64,000 bases of DNA from Okamejei kenojei (lineage: Eukaryota), in NCBI GenBank assembly GCA_035221665.1, contig CM069174.1:9982001-10046000 (forward strand), given 5' to 3'. Positions 1-12,500 of this stretch are shown here, piece after piece; the stretch's first letter is position 1, and each line of letters begins with the position of its first letter. Below the pieces are notes generated by a model, which did not search any database, had not been told where the DNA came from, and saw only the letters and a program-made list of their open reading frames with translations. Both the position numbers and the translations under genes were made by a program.

Positions 1-121
1 TGCTCTATAGTAACTTTCCGACCACAGATGTTAGGCTCACTGGCCTGCAGTTCACAACTGTTGCCCTGCAGCCCTTCTTGAATAGAGGCACAACATTTGC
101 CACCCTCCAATCTTCCAGTAC
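1..121 (-). mobile_element. Degenerate CR1-like LINE fragment
   Basis: Resembles antisense CR1 ORF2 (accacagatgttaggctcactggcctg...cccttcttgaatagagg...tttgccaccctccaatc). Confidence 0.45.
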
Positions 122-549
122 AGTGAAAAAGTATGAGATAAGGATATAAGAATATAAGATGCGCAAAATGTGAAACTAGGGGAAGGAGTATAAATGGAGG
201 TGGAGGGGGGGAAGGGGAAAGGGAGAAAATAGTGCGCATCCAGGTGAAAATTTGTAGCAGGTGCTAAATTCAAATATCTACAGCACATTCGGAAAAACAG
301 AGACATAGATAAGGCATTATTGCAGCCTTTAAAGATATGTTAGTGATGGGAAAATAAAACTTCAATCCTGATTTTAAGGCTGATATTTTTGATTTGTGAT
401 CATGCTAGTGAGATATCAATTTAAATATTTACATTTTCAACACTTAATAGGTAAAATGTTGCGGGGAGTACTGCAATTTCAAACATGCTATATTTTGAAT
501 GTGATAGTAAATAAACCCCTAGCTTCCTTTTCATTTGAATGTAAAAGAT

Positions 550-755
550 CGCAAAAGCATTCCTTGAGGAAGAGCAGGGCGGTTTTCCCTGATGTCCTGT
601 TCAATCTGGTCATCATCAGGCTGCTGTTTGCAAGAACTCAGTATGCACAAATCAACTCTCACATAATACATATTACAAAGTGATTATACACGGAAGTACC
701 AATGCTTTGGACATCCAGCAGTTGTGCAAAATGCTACATAAATGCAAATTTATTC
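550..755 (+). mobile_element. Ancient Deu-domain (SacSINE1/AmnSINE1-like) SINE fragment
   Basis: gaagagcagg...tgtcctg...ctggtcatcatc..gctgtttg...aaatgctacataaatgcaa; similar relics at ~10215-10345 and ~46080-46330. Confidence 0.4.
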
Positions 756-1629
756 CGTTTATTATTACAGTAAATGGAGGAAAGCGTGAATTGAAGCGTA
801 ATTTGCTGCTACACCCAACCAGATTCCACATTGAGAGTAATATTCTGGGATATCCACCTATATCATTGGGAGCGTTTTGTATATCTCAGACAATTTCCTC
901 AGACAATCAGAAATTTAAACAGGCATAGTATTGGGGCCACGGTATGTATATTCAACCTATCAAATTCTAGAAGCAAGGATCACTTACATCACAGAATTAT
1001 TTCCATAAAGTTATTGCTAATTGAGTGTTTGGTGTGAATTAATAAATCAAGCACTACCCAAAGAAAGTTGTGTGGCATTTGGTTGCCATGATAATTGCCA
1101 CAATATAATCCTAAGACTTACTAAGATACAAACATATATACCCATCCCATCTTCCAATTGCTCCAAAAGCTTTTCACTGTACCTCGGTACACGTGACAAT
1201 AAACTGAATTGAACTGAACCAAAAAATCCCATGAGATGCCTCAAAGCTGAAAATTGGTCATTTCCCATCGATTTTGAACTCACTCAGTCATCCCGTTCTC
1301 TCTCTAACCCTATCTGTAAAACCATTGCCATCCTTACCACTGGGTAGCTGGGTGCTCCAGGATTGCTGATCTAATTCAGTTACAGTGGTCCAAATGGATT
1401 TTTGGACGTTCCTGGATCAGAAATTACCTTCAAACCATCCATGTGTTTTTCCATCTGGAAGCAATAGAGTAAATATTTATCAAATAAATCTTGTTATTAG
1501 GTGAATAATAAACACTAGTTCATCAAAGAAAAAGTGATCTGTAGAGAGCAGTTGTATGAGAGCTGCCTCACAATCAAAACATAACACGTCTTCCACAAAG
1601 TTGAAGTGTGTTTGTGAAAAATGAAAAAT

Positions 1630-1850
1630 TAGATGCTAGAAATGTGAAATAAAAAAACTGAAAATTCTGGATAAACTCTGCATGTCAGGCACTATCTGTG
1701 GAAAAAGAAAAACAGAGTTGACATTTCAGGTCAATCACATTTCATCAGTCTGGTGAAATATAAAAGATCCTTAATTTGAAATGCTAACTCTGTTTCTTTC
1801 TGCATAGATGCTGCCTGACCTGTTGCTATTTCCACCATTTTCTGTTTTCT
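1630..1850. repeat. Old palindromic Penelope-derived element
   Basis: Inverted arms (tcaggcactatctgtgga...acagagttgacatttca / tgaaatgctaactctgt...agatgctgcctgac). Confidence 0.55.
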
Positions 1851-1869
1851 TCCTGTCCATCTGGTCAAG

Positions 1870-2340
1870 TCTTCTTACTGGTCAGTCACTCCTGACTGAG
1901 GATGGCTTGCTTCCACTTTAGCCCTATGAATCCTAGGGATGGTTGATAAGACCAATCAATATAGGAACTACAAACCCTTCCACAACAAGGGCGGGAGGTT
2001 CCTGACAGGGTGAGTGGACGGGTAGCTTGTGAGATGGTGTGCTCCTTCTACCATTTGTTTCTTAGTGTTCCTTCTCCACTTTCAGTGGTTATGATCCACA
2101 GAATTCCAAATTTTAGTGGGGAAGTTGCATTTTTTTCCAATATACCTTTGAGCAAATCTTTGAATTTTTATCTGTCTGCCTGGTAATTTCTTGTGATGGA
2201 GGTCAGAATAGAGTGTGTGGTTTAGAGATCAGGCACGCCAATGAGATGACCTGCCTCATGGAGGCAACTGAGTGTAATTAGGACCTGAATGTTGGTCTGG
2301 AAAATAACATTGATGTTGATTTCTTATCCTCCTTCCAGAC
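1870..2340 (-). mobile_element. Degenerate RTE-like LINE 3' fragment
   Basis: Recalled similarity to antisense RTE 3' ends; not verified by search. Confidence 0.3.
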
Positions 2341-2380
2341 AGTTTGAATAGTACAACAATAAATGTAATTGTGCCAGCAG

Positions 2381-2648
2381 AGCACAGTGGCACCGTTGGA
2401 ATACCTCAGGTATTATCTCTGTGGAGCTTGCACGTCCTCCCTGTGACCACGTGGATTTCCTCTGGTTGTTCCAGTTAGTAGGTTAATTGGTCTTTGTAAA
2501 TTGCCCTAAGTGTTTAAGGAGTGGATGTGAAAGTGGGATAGCATAGAAACAGTGTGAATGGGTGATTGCTGATCACTGTGGACTTGGTGGGTCAAAGCAA
2601 AGATCCTATAGCTCCGCTATAGGATCTTTGGGTCAAAGGGCCGTTTCC
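2381..2648 (+). mobile_element. tRNA-derived V-domain SINE (HE1-like) with CR1-type tail, interrupted by a 33-bp hAT-like element
   Basis: ctgtggagcttgcacgtcctccctgtgaccacgtggatttcc...aggttaattgg...taaattgccc...ggtgggtcaaag/ggtcaaagggccgtttcc. Confidence 0.6.
2598..2630. mobile_element. Minimal hAT-like MITE, 33 bp
   Basis: Perfect 15-bp TIRs CAAAGATCCTATAGC/GCTATAGGATCTTTG; perfect 8-bp TSD GGTCAAAG (2590-2597, 2631-2638). Confidence 0.8.
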
Positions 2649-2709
2649 AGGTTAGGCAAGAGATTGGTGATTTTTCATGAACACTGGCCAGTGAAATAGT
2701 GGTTGAAAT

Positions 2710-2731
2710 CAAAGATCCTATAGGAACTTTG
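2710..2731. mobile_element. Minimal hAT-like MITE, 22 bp, same family
   Basis: CAAAGATCCTA/TAGGAACTTTG (1 mismatch); perfect 8-bp TSD GTTGAAAT (2702-2709, 2732-2739). Confidence 0.75.
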
Positions 2732-2879
2732 GTTGAAATGGGACGGAAGGGGAAGTAGGTAAAGGGGGATGGTACAGAGTCGGAGCATGGGGTTGGAGTT
2801 GACGTGGTTGGAGAGTCTGACCCTGCGCTCATTCAGATCACTCTAACATTATGCTATCGCTCCGAATTGTGAACACTTC

Positions 2880-3560
2880 AATCAGGTAGTACCTCGACCC
2901 TATGCATTTGGTGAAAAGAAGCTGAAATATCTCCGATTTTCCCCTCACAACAGAAGCCTCTCGCCCACCGCTGCCGTCCACGCCTCTGCGTGAGACTCTT
3001 GTGTCTCGTCTCCACGGCAACACGAAGCCGAGCCCGCCAAATTTGACCATTCTGGGAATAAACATGTAAACATGGCAAATGTCGTTAGTGGGGACCCTCG
3101 GCGGCTTTATTTAACTAGACATTGGTTAAATTGCCTTTTTTTTAGAGAAAATAGACGACATCGCGAGTCGACGACCTTTGCACCCGCCCAGCCCCCTTGT
3201 TTTGTAAGATGGCGCTCGCTCGGGGTTGCTTCCGGCTTCAGCGGCTAAAGGGACGGAGTTCCTCTGAGTTTTTATACTATCCGACGATCTGTGTCTCTCG
3301 GTAAGATACGTTTTAACCTGGGGCTTTGGTGCTCTGTATTTATTAATATATGTCACCGTTTCTTTATTAGTTTTCCCGCGTATCATTTCCAGACCTCCGA
3401 GTCCCGCAACCCACACACACAGGTCGCGCAATGGCGAGGGTGTGTTCCAAATATTAAATACCCGGGTCACTGTCATCTGACAAATTCAACTTTAAGCATC
3501 ACCAGTTTAACATTGCAGCAGCCGTCGCGTCTTCACTGAGGCTGCCGGTCGTTTTGTAGT
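2880..3560. promoter_or_regulatory. CpG-rich LETMD1 promoter/exon 1 region
   Basis: High CpG density; ATTGG (reverse CCAAT) 3121-3125, TCGCGA 3161-3166, GC box CCCGCCC 3183-3189, YY1-like AAGATGGCG over the ATG, ETS-like CTTCCGG 3229-3235. Confidence 0.7.
3209..3300 (+). CDS. LETMD1: LETMD1 exon 1 coding part (MALARGCFRLQRLKGRSSSEFLYYPTICVS(R)); Arg-rich, mitochondrial-targeting-like
   Basis: ATG in aagATGG context within a CpG-rich region; MALAR resembles human MALSR; donor CG|gtaaga, phase 2. Confidence 0.85.
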
Positions 3561-6500
3561 GATTTCTAAAATCAAAGAATGATACCGCACAGAGTAGGCC
3601 TACATTTGTTTGGTAGAACTATTCCAATTAGTCCCTCTCCCTTTCCCACATACCCTTTTTTTTTAATGCTGTTCCATTTAATACAAGTCAGAGTAAACAG
3701 TTGTTTCTCCGGTCTGCAGGTTGTGATTAGTGGGTTACGACAGGGATTGGTGCTTGTCAGTCGCAATTTATGAGGGATTTGGTTGAGGGGAGCAAATGTC
3801 ATGTTTGTTGTTTAAAAATAGAGGATAGTGTGGAGGGTGCAAGGAGGCTTAAAGAGGATGCGGGCAAGCTAAGTGGGTGAGAATTTGGCAGCTGGGATAT
3901 GATGTAGTGAAATATCAGATAATCTGTAGAAACAAGGAATTGCAGATGTTGGTTTACAAAAAAAGACACAATGTGTTGGACTAATTCAATGTGTCAGGCA
4001 GCATCTCTGGAGAACATGGACAGGTGATATTTCGAGTTGGGATCCTTCTTCAGACATCCCAAGCTGAAAGGTCACCTATCCATGTTCTCCATAGATGCTG
4101 CCTGACCTGTTGTGTTAATCCAACACTGTCCTTTTGATAGATCATCTGCCATGGTGCACAAAATAGGAAAGCAGAATTTTATTTAAATGGTGACAGATTA
4201 GAAAGTTGTTGTTCAAACGGAACTGGATGTTTCTCTGCACAAGAAACTTAAGACTAATATGAAGGTATGGGAAGTTGTTAATGGACAAATGGTATGTTAG
4301 CTTTTGTTGTGAGAGGCTTTGAATAAAGTGGTTCGACTGGCAGAGTCATCATGGATTTAGGAAAGGGAGGTTGTTTTACAAATCAGTTTTGGGATTGAGC
4401 AGCAGAACAGATGGGAAAGCAATTGCTATTGTGAATTTAAAGCACCGCATGTGTAAACAAAGTGAGAGCATGTGGGACTGCGGTAATATGCTGGTGTGGA
4501 TTGAAAATTGTTTTTTGGTCAGAAAACAGAATAGGAATTAATGGGTATTTTTCTAGTTGAGGGGCTGTAATGGATTAGTTGTAATGGTGTTACAGGGATT
4601 TGATTAGTGCAAGAAAATGGTACTGAGGTAAAAGATGAGCCATGTTTTTTTCTGAATGCAGAGCAGGCATGAAGGGCTGAATGGCTGATTAATACTACTT
4701 CTGTCCTTGTCGGGGTCTCCAACACAAGTGGGAGCTGCCTACTCCCGGTTGAGGTATAATTAACATTGCATAGGATACAGGTAGGGCATTTAAATTATTA
4801 ACGGACAAACGTGTAATAAATGTAACAATATAAACTGAGTGGGGAAATAGTTAATGTTTCAAGTTGGTGACCTTTGTGTAAGGTGGTAATTGAGGTAATG
4901 CATCAGTGCAACATTTTGTCTTGACAGGTGTGCCTAGCTGTGCAGGTGTGTGCATTAATGTCAATCTTATTTTGAGTACATTACTTATAAATACTTATAT
5001 AACTGAATCTGCAGTCAGTTTGCCATTTGAGGACCAGTGTCTTTCTGATGATCAGTATAATTCTGGAGTGTTTTATAACAGCACTTGAGCGCAAAGCATT
5101 TTCAGTAGAAATGGTCAGTGCAGTCTGACTCCAGCATTTTGTCTCTTATCTTTGATTACCTTATAAAAGTTTCCTAGCGCAAAAGCAAATGCATCAGAAA
5201 AACAACTGGAAATGTACAGATTGCTTACAATCTTCTAAAATCACCTGAGCGCAAAATAAGCATTTTGTTTTCTAAAAATGCAAGAGTTTAAATCTCAATC
5301 TTGACAATGGTATTTTTTTTTAAAGTGAGATGCTTTTCAATAATGAAGGTGAAGTGAACAAATAAATTAATCCAGGAGATTATTTCCTAGTCGGGGTTGT
5401 GTTAGCTGATCTTGGCCAGGCCAACAACAGGTATAATAAGACTTAGTGCTTTAAGTAAAGTTGGCCAAAATTCCATGCCTTGATTGCTAATTAGTGACTG
5501 GAATCTGCATGTGCATGGGTCAGTTCAGGACCTGGTTTTCCAGTGCTGCATTCTTCCTTTTCCTCTGTTCAACCTGAAGGTGAATTTGTGTTGGAGCAAT
5601 TTTTTTTTTTTTTTTTTTTACAAAATACTTTTATTCAGAACAAACAAATACAAAGCAGTAACACGATCAGAGAATGCCTATATTGGCATTTTACAAAGAA
5701 AGTTCTCAAATTAAAATATTAACATTTTTATCAATAATACATTCGACCTCCTGCGGTGTCCAGCGTTCACGGAAAGCCTCCACAGTCCCCGTGGACACCG
5801 CGTGTTCCCTCTCTAGGGACACGCGGGCACGGACGTAACCCCAGAAAAGGGGCAGGCAGCCGACTGCTGTGCGGCCGTCGACTGCCCGCTGCCTGGACCC
5901 GCGAATAGCCATCTTGGCCGGGCCCAGGAGCAGACCGACAGGGAGTCCCCCTCCTCCCTCCCGACCCTCCCCCCTCTGTACCGGGTGCCCAAAAATCAAT
6001 AGCGTCGGACTAAAGTGGAGGCAAAACCTGAGGAGCAGCCCCTTCAGATACTCGAACAAGGGCTGCAACCTCTCACACTCCATGTAGATGTGGAACACGG
6101 TCTCTTCCTCTCCGCAGAAGTGTTGGAGCAATGGGAGGTATTGAAGGACAAGGAAGGGAGGGATGAATTTCAATCTGCTGAAGGTGTGAAGCAATGTTTT
6201 TGGGGAAAGTAAACAAGTTAAAGGGATGCTTGATAAGTAGCAGGAAATTGGGAAATCTAGAGGCACAGAGGAATTTTGAAATATATAATCTAAAGATCCC
6301 TGAAGCTCAAAGAAAAACAGGAAGAAAATATGTTTATGAAGACACATGGGACATTCCTTGATAGGCCAAAGTTTTGAATATGAGCAAGAAAGATGTGTGA
6401 GAATTGTATAAAATGTTAGTTAGATGACAGCTAGAAAAATGTGTAGAATATGGCTTACCAAAGTGCAGAATGGACATGATTGTACTGACAGATCTTCAAG

Positions 6501-9500
6501 AATGTTGCAAGGACTAAGACATTTTAGATTTTTTAATTTTAGATGAGACAGACTAGGGCTGTTTTTTCTGGAACAGAGAGCAAGGGGAAATTTAAAAAGG
6601 GAAGTCAGTAATCAAGCGACATTGATTTAAGATAATCAGAAGAAGGAATAGAGGGGAGTGCAGAATAAATTACCGCTCCCCGAGTGCCTGGAGGTCTGCA
6701 TCTCACTGTCAGATACCCTTAGCATCTTTAAAAAGATTCTGGACGGGCACTTGACTTGTCTACACACAAGGATGTGGACTAAGTGAATTGGGGCCCGTGA
6801 TTAAGATGGATAGCTTGTACTCTGTCAAATGGCCTCCTTCTCTGCTTTACATTTCTATGATCCTTTCTGAGTACAGTTGAAAAGTAACAACATACTTTGT
6901 GGTAAAACTGCTAACAGATTAATTGATAACTTTCTTATTTTATTTCCCTTGCCACCAATACTCCATCCCACCGCAGGCTTACTAGTCACCAGTTGTCACA
7001 ATTTTTCACAACAGCGAAGAGGAGTACTTTGAGTTCAGCTATCATCTCAAAGGCCAAACGTTTGAATGCAAAATATGAAAAATTTCTGGAAATAAACTTT
7101 CCGCGTTTTTATGGTATCTATTCAACTTTTTTCCGAGGTAAGTTAGTAACCAGAAGATGTTAATAATGTTTCACCAGTAAACACGACAAAAATGTTGGGA
7201 GAAGAAGGGGGGGGGGGGGGGAACATAACTCTTGATTTGGCAGCGAAATACTGTCGGGGAGAAAGTCAGAATCACATTTAATGCACATCTCTTATGACCA
7301 TTAAATATTGATGGAATCAACTATTAACAAAGTCTGTACAGTTGCAGCTGTCTCAGCAAGTAAAAGTATTACCTGCCGTAATGTTGTACCTTTTTATAGA
7401 CAAAAGGATTTGATTTGGATTGTGTAGTATTAAGCCCATCTTGGATGGAACTGTGGTTGTATGTTGTACAATTGTGGAGGTGACATCGTTCAGGATGATA
7501 CAGTGGCTCCCAGAAAGGGAAGAAAGGAACCAGTCGGTCATTGCTATTTAGTGACCACATTCAGCAAGTGACTTGTATTTATATTGTGCCTTAACTTTCT
7601 AAATTATCCTAAGGTATTTAGAATGGAAGAATTAATTGTTGTTTAGCCATTGTAGGGGAGAGCAAGAAGCGATCAAGGGCTTTATTTCAAGTTCTCTTTT
7701 CAAATTGTTAATATTTGACATTTTGAAAGAATCAAATTTTAATGTGGCTTGATCACTCTGTCCCTTGTGCAATATTATTATCTTACCCACATGTAACAAG
7801 TTGATAGGAGGGTGCTGAGTCTCTGGAGTTCTGAGGATGTTATAAGCAGAGCCAGTTGAGGGGAACTGGTAAATGAGGTGGCTTTGGTAATCCAGAAGGG
7901 ACTTAAGACGACACAAAGGCCCAGTGCACAAGATACAAGCTCGCAATATAGGTGTGGAAGGGGGTGGGGGGTGGTGAGTGTTAATATGAATTGAATGAAG
8001 ACTAACTGTCAATGTAGCATTAACAAATTTGCAGATGACACAAAGCTGGGTGGCAGGGTGACTTGGACAGGTTGGGTGAGGGGCAGATGCATGGCATTTG
8101 CAGTTTAATGTGGATAAATGTGAGGTTATCCACTTTGGTGGCAAAAATAGGAAGGCAGATTAATATCTGAATGGCGCCAAGTTGGGAAAAGGGGGAAGTA
8201 CAAAGAGATCTGGGGGGTCCTCGTTCATCAGTCACTGAAAGTAAGCATGCAGGTACAGCAGGCAGTGAAGAAAGCTAAAGGCATGTTGGCCTTCATAACA
8301 AGAGGAGTTGAGTATAGGAGCAAAGAGGTCCTTCAGTTGTACAGGGCCCCAGTGAGATTGTGTGCAGTTGTGGTCTCCAAATTTGAGGAAGGACATTCTT
8401 GCTATTGAGGGAGTGCAGCGTAGGTTCACAAGGTTAATTCCCGGGATGGCGGGGCTGTCATATGTTGATAGAACATATGGGCTTGTATACTCTGGAATTT
8501 AGAAGGATGAGAGGGGATCTTATTGAAACATAAGATTATTAAGGGATTGGACACGCTGGAGGCAGGAAATATGTTCCCGATGTTGGGGGAGTCCAGAACC
8601 AGGGGCCACAGTTTAAGAATAAGGAGTAGGCCATTTAGAGCGGAGATGAGGGAAAACTTTTTCACCCAGAGAGTTGTGAATCTGTGGAATTCTCTGCCTC
8701 AGAAGGCAGTGGAGACCAATTCTCTGGATGCTTTCAAGAGAGAGTTAGATAGAGCTCTTAAAGATAGCGGAGTCGGGGGATATGGTGAGAAGGCAGGAAT
8801 GGGGTACTGAATGTGGATGATCAGCCATGATCACATTGAATGGCGGTGCTGGCTCAAAGGGCCAAATGGCCTACTCCTGCACCTATTGTCTATTGTCAAA
8901 CAGAAGACTGTCAGAATATGTTTCTTTTTCAGGCTAAAAGGATATGACAATGGAAGGGCCACAAGTGTCAGTTTTTGTTCCTGAATTATTTATGATTTAT
9001 ATTAATGCTTTGGAGGAAGGGCCAGAGTGTAAGGTATCCAGTTTTGCTGATAATATAAATACAGGTGAGAGTCGAGAGTGCATAATTGTCATATGTACCG
9101 ACTATGGAACAATGAAATTCTTGCAGCAGCAGAACAGTCCTGCAAACTGTGGTGAGGATATTTAGACTCTGCAATAATATATAGATTGGGTGAGCGAGTG
9201 TGTGAAAACTGGCAAATGGAGTATAATATTAGATAAGTCTGCTTTTTAACTCCCAACCTCACACTTTCTTATTATCTAAATGGAGAGATACTGCACGAGT
9301 GGAATATAGAGGGATCAAAGCATTATTGTGTACAAAACAAAATGTTAGCGTGCAGGTGCAGCAAAGTAGTTAGGAAGGCAAATGGCATATTGGTCTTTCT
9401 TGCAAGGAGTTTGGCATTCAGATATTATTACAATTGTACAAGAAGATATTGATGCTGTTCATGGATGACTCTGTATTGTTTCCCCATATTTCAGGAAGGG

Positions 9501-12500
9501 CATGCTGACATTGAAGGCAGTCCAGGAGAGAATCACTCTGATGATTACAGGGATGAAAAGATTATTTTATTATGAACAGCCAAAAATGTTTGATCTGTCG
9601 TCTTTGGAGTTGCAAGGATGAGAGCTGATCATATTGAAACATATATGATCCTAAAGGTGCTTGACAGGCGGCTGTCGAGATGTTTCCACTCTTGGAGCGT
9701 TGTAGTTGCAAGCGGTTAATCGTTTAAAACTGAAGTGCACAGGAATTTATTCTTGAAGAAAATAGTGAATCTCTGGAATTTCTTCCACAGAGGGTTATGG
9801 GGGATAGACTACTGGAGGTATTTAAAGAGGTGGGTACTTTTTTGAAAGATCAGGGTATGAAGGACAATATGGGCGTAGCACAGAAGAGGCCCATTGGGTA
9901 GATCAGCATGGCCATATTGAATGGCGGGGCAGGCTTGAGGTGTCAAGTGGCCAACTCCTCCTATTTTCTGGTCTGTTCTTGGGTGCCTTCTGGCTGCTGG
10001 TATTATTTTCTGGATCTGTTCCACTTCCCTGACCTGCACCCTGCTTGCGGCATGTAGATGCTTTTGATGGCGGGGATGGCTGTTCCCGCGATGGACCAGG
10101 TTGAGTCCTCCACTCTGCAGCCTGTTGTGTTCCTGTGCAGTGCATTTGTAAATAACAATCTCTCTCGCAAAATCCACTTTTACTGCTATCATTGGTACAG
10201 CATCGTTAAAGAACAATCTTGCCATGATCGTGTTGCTGTTTATGGGAGCTTGTTGTGTGTAACTTGCTGCAAAGTTTCCTCCATTACAGCAAGTACTTAA
10301 TTTGGGCACAAAGCACTTGGACCTTTGTTGTGAAATGCATTATGGAGTTGCATGACTGTCTTTCTTTTACTGAATCTTGTAGCATAAAAGGCTGTTCAGC
10401 CCCATGCATATCTGCCAGGTCTTTGAAAGAGGGTAGACACAAAATGCTGGAGTAACTCAGCGGGAGAGGCAGCATCTCTGGAGAGAAGGAATGGGTGACG
10501 TTTTGGGTCGAGACCCTGCTTCAGACTCGGGGCTTTGAAAGGGCCGTCTGCTCTCCCCACAGACCTGCAATTTTCCCTTTCATTTCAAATTCCCTTCTGA
10601 ATGTTGCTTCTGTCATCCTATTAGGTTGTTCATTCCTGATTCTAGCAGATTGCTGCTTTTGTGAAATATAAAAAGAATAGTTATCTTGTCAAATATCATT
10701 AATAGTAATTGCACTTTCTACAAAGATAACTCTTCACTTTGCTTACCTCGTAGGTTTTCGTCTATTGTATCTTGACTTCAAGGAAGTTAATGGAATAAGG
10801 TATAAGATGGCCAATAAAGGACTAAAGTACAACCAGCTGCCTTACAGGGAAATGGACAAATTAAGACAGGTGAGAGACTTTTCCATGGCACAAGTGAAGG
10901 CCTTTCCTTTCTATCTGCTTTCTCCTGCTTATGAGTCACAGAACGTAGACCAAACTGCAAAAGTAGACCAAAGTTGATGTTTTTTAAGCCGTTTTTCTGT
11001 ATAGTGTGGAGTGGGAGGGATGGTTAGAAGGTGGAGACTGGCTGCCTGTGAGTAAACTGAGTTTTTGACATTAACTGTACAAGTGTTTTATTTTCCAGTT
11101 TCGCAGAGACGTTATAAAGGTAATACCAGTAGTGCTTCTCGCCATTCCGCCATTTGCAAACTATCTTGTGTTCGTATTGATGTAAGTAGTTCAAGAATTG
11201 TTATTAATGTTCTACAGTTGGGCACTGATCACTTGTGATAATCCAGCCATATTTTTAAATATACAGGATTTGTGATCAAAGATTTAAAACTGAGTACATT
11301 AGCTGTAGTAGTGTTGACAACATTGCTATAAAGTTCACTTTTAAAATAAAAGGCAATTCCAATGCTAACTGTCGTAATGCTGTTGGGCTGTTTAGAAAGC
11401 ATAGTTAATATCAGCTGTTGATTGTGTCTGTTTGATGCTCTAAACTATGTATCAGATTGCAAGGTAAATGAAGGGGCAAAGCAAAGTTCTGGAGATTTAA
11501 GGAATTACCATGCATTATAATTATTTGGCTTTAGTTGAGTCATGCCCCCTGGTGGAAAGTAATAATTCTGAAAATCAATTAAATTGCCTGAATCATAGAA
11601 TCTTGCAGGACAGCAATAACCCCATCATTCCTGCACCAGGTCTTTCAAAGAGCTGTACAGTCAGTCCCACTCCAGGAGTACTCTCTCACCTTGTAGCAAC
11701 TAAGAGGTGTGTAAAAGTGAACTTTCCTCCTCCCCTGTGGCCTCACATGAGTAGTACTTGAACATAACAGAGGTTGGGAGGTGCGGCGGGAGATTTTTGT
11801 CCATGTTTCATTCTGTGAAACAATACACTATCGTCAAAAGTATTTTTCTGAATTATGTTTGTTTGTAATCTATGGTAGGTATTGTTTCTATGATTAACTG
11901 TCCAATGTTATATAATTCTCATATTTTGAGTGGTGATCTTTGGTAGAATGGCCTCTCGTTTTACGTTGTGACCCTAACAAACATAGAGCCACTGGAAGTG
12001 GTGGAGGTTTGATCAGTGTCAGAATGAGTGACTTACCTTCAACACTGAACTGTGGGAACACATACATTTCCTAAGACTAAGTCTGCACATGATTTTATTT
12101 GTAGGTATTTCTTTCCACGGCAGTTATTAATAAGTCACTTCTGGACCCACGATCAGCATCAGGAATTTAAGGAAATCTACCACTCGTTCCGGGCTCGCGT
12201 TTACCCAGACGCTGTGAGTGGTTTAATCAAAGCAGCCTCAAAAGTTAAAGACAAACAACTGAAAACACAGCTGTTAACTCTTGGCAACAAAGTACGTACA
12301 TCAATTAATGAAACTTGAGAAACGTTATTTCCAAGCTTATTACCTTGGATCAAGCACTTTTCAGGTGGCAAGATGCTGACTTGTTTTTGATCTTCTGCGT
12401 GTTGTACTCCCAATGTTACCGAGAAGGTAAAAGGCTAATATGTGGTCCTGTGTAAGAGTGTCCGGGGGGGGGGGGGGGGGGGGGGTTAGGGAAGGAAATG

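Noticed and set aside
680-1037. Plus-strand exon-like block (acag|771..941|gtatgt) and overlapping ORFs
   Set aside because: Stops in all frames across the block and no recognisable protein; part of the ORF is a SINE relic.
2838-3078. Minus-strand ORFs in the promoter as first coding exon of a divergent gene
   Set aside because: No homology recognised, and splicing to the downstream candidate exons hits early stops.
5706-6347. 213-aa minus-strand ORF as a host gene
   Set aside because: Only 5706-6119 is Tx1/L1 ORF2. The N-terminal part runs past the TSD into unrelated flanking DNA.
11945-12070. Two-hairpin region ending in ACA in LETMD1 intron 4 as an H/ACA snoRNA
   Set aside because: No ANANNA H box in the hinge and the ACA spacing is unconvincing.
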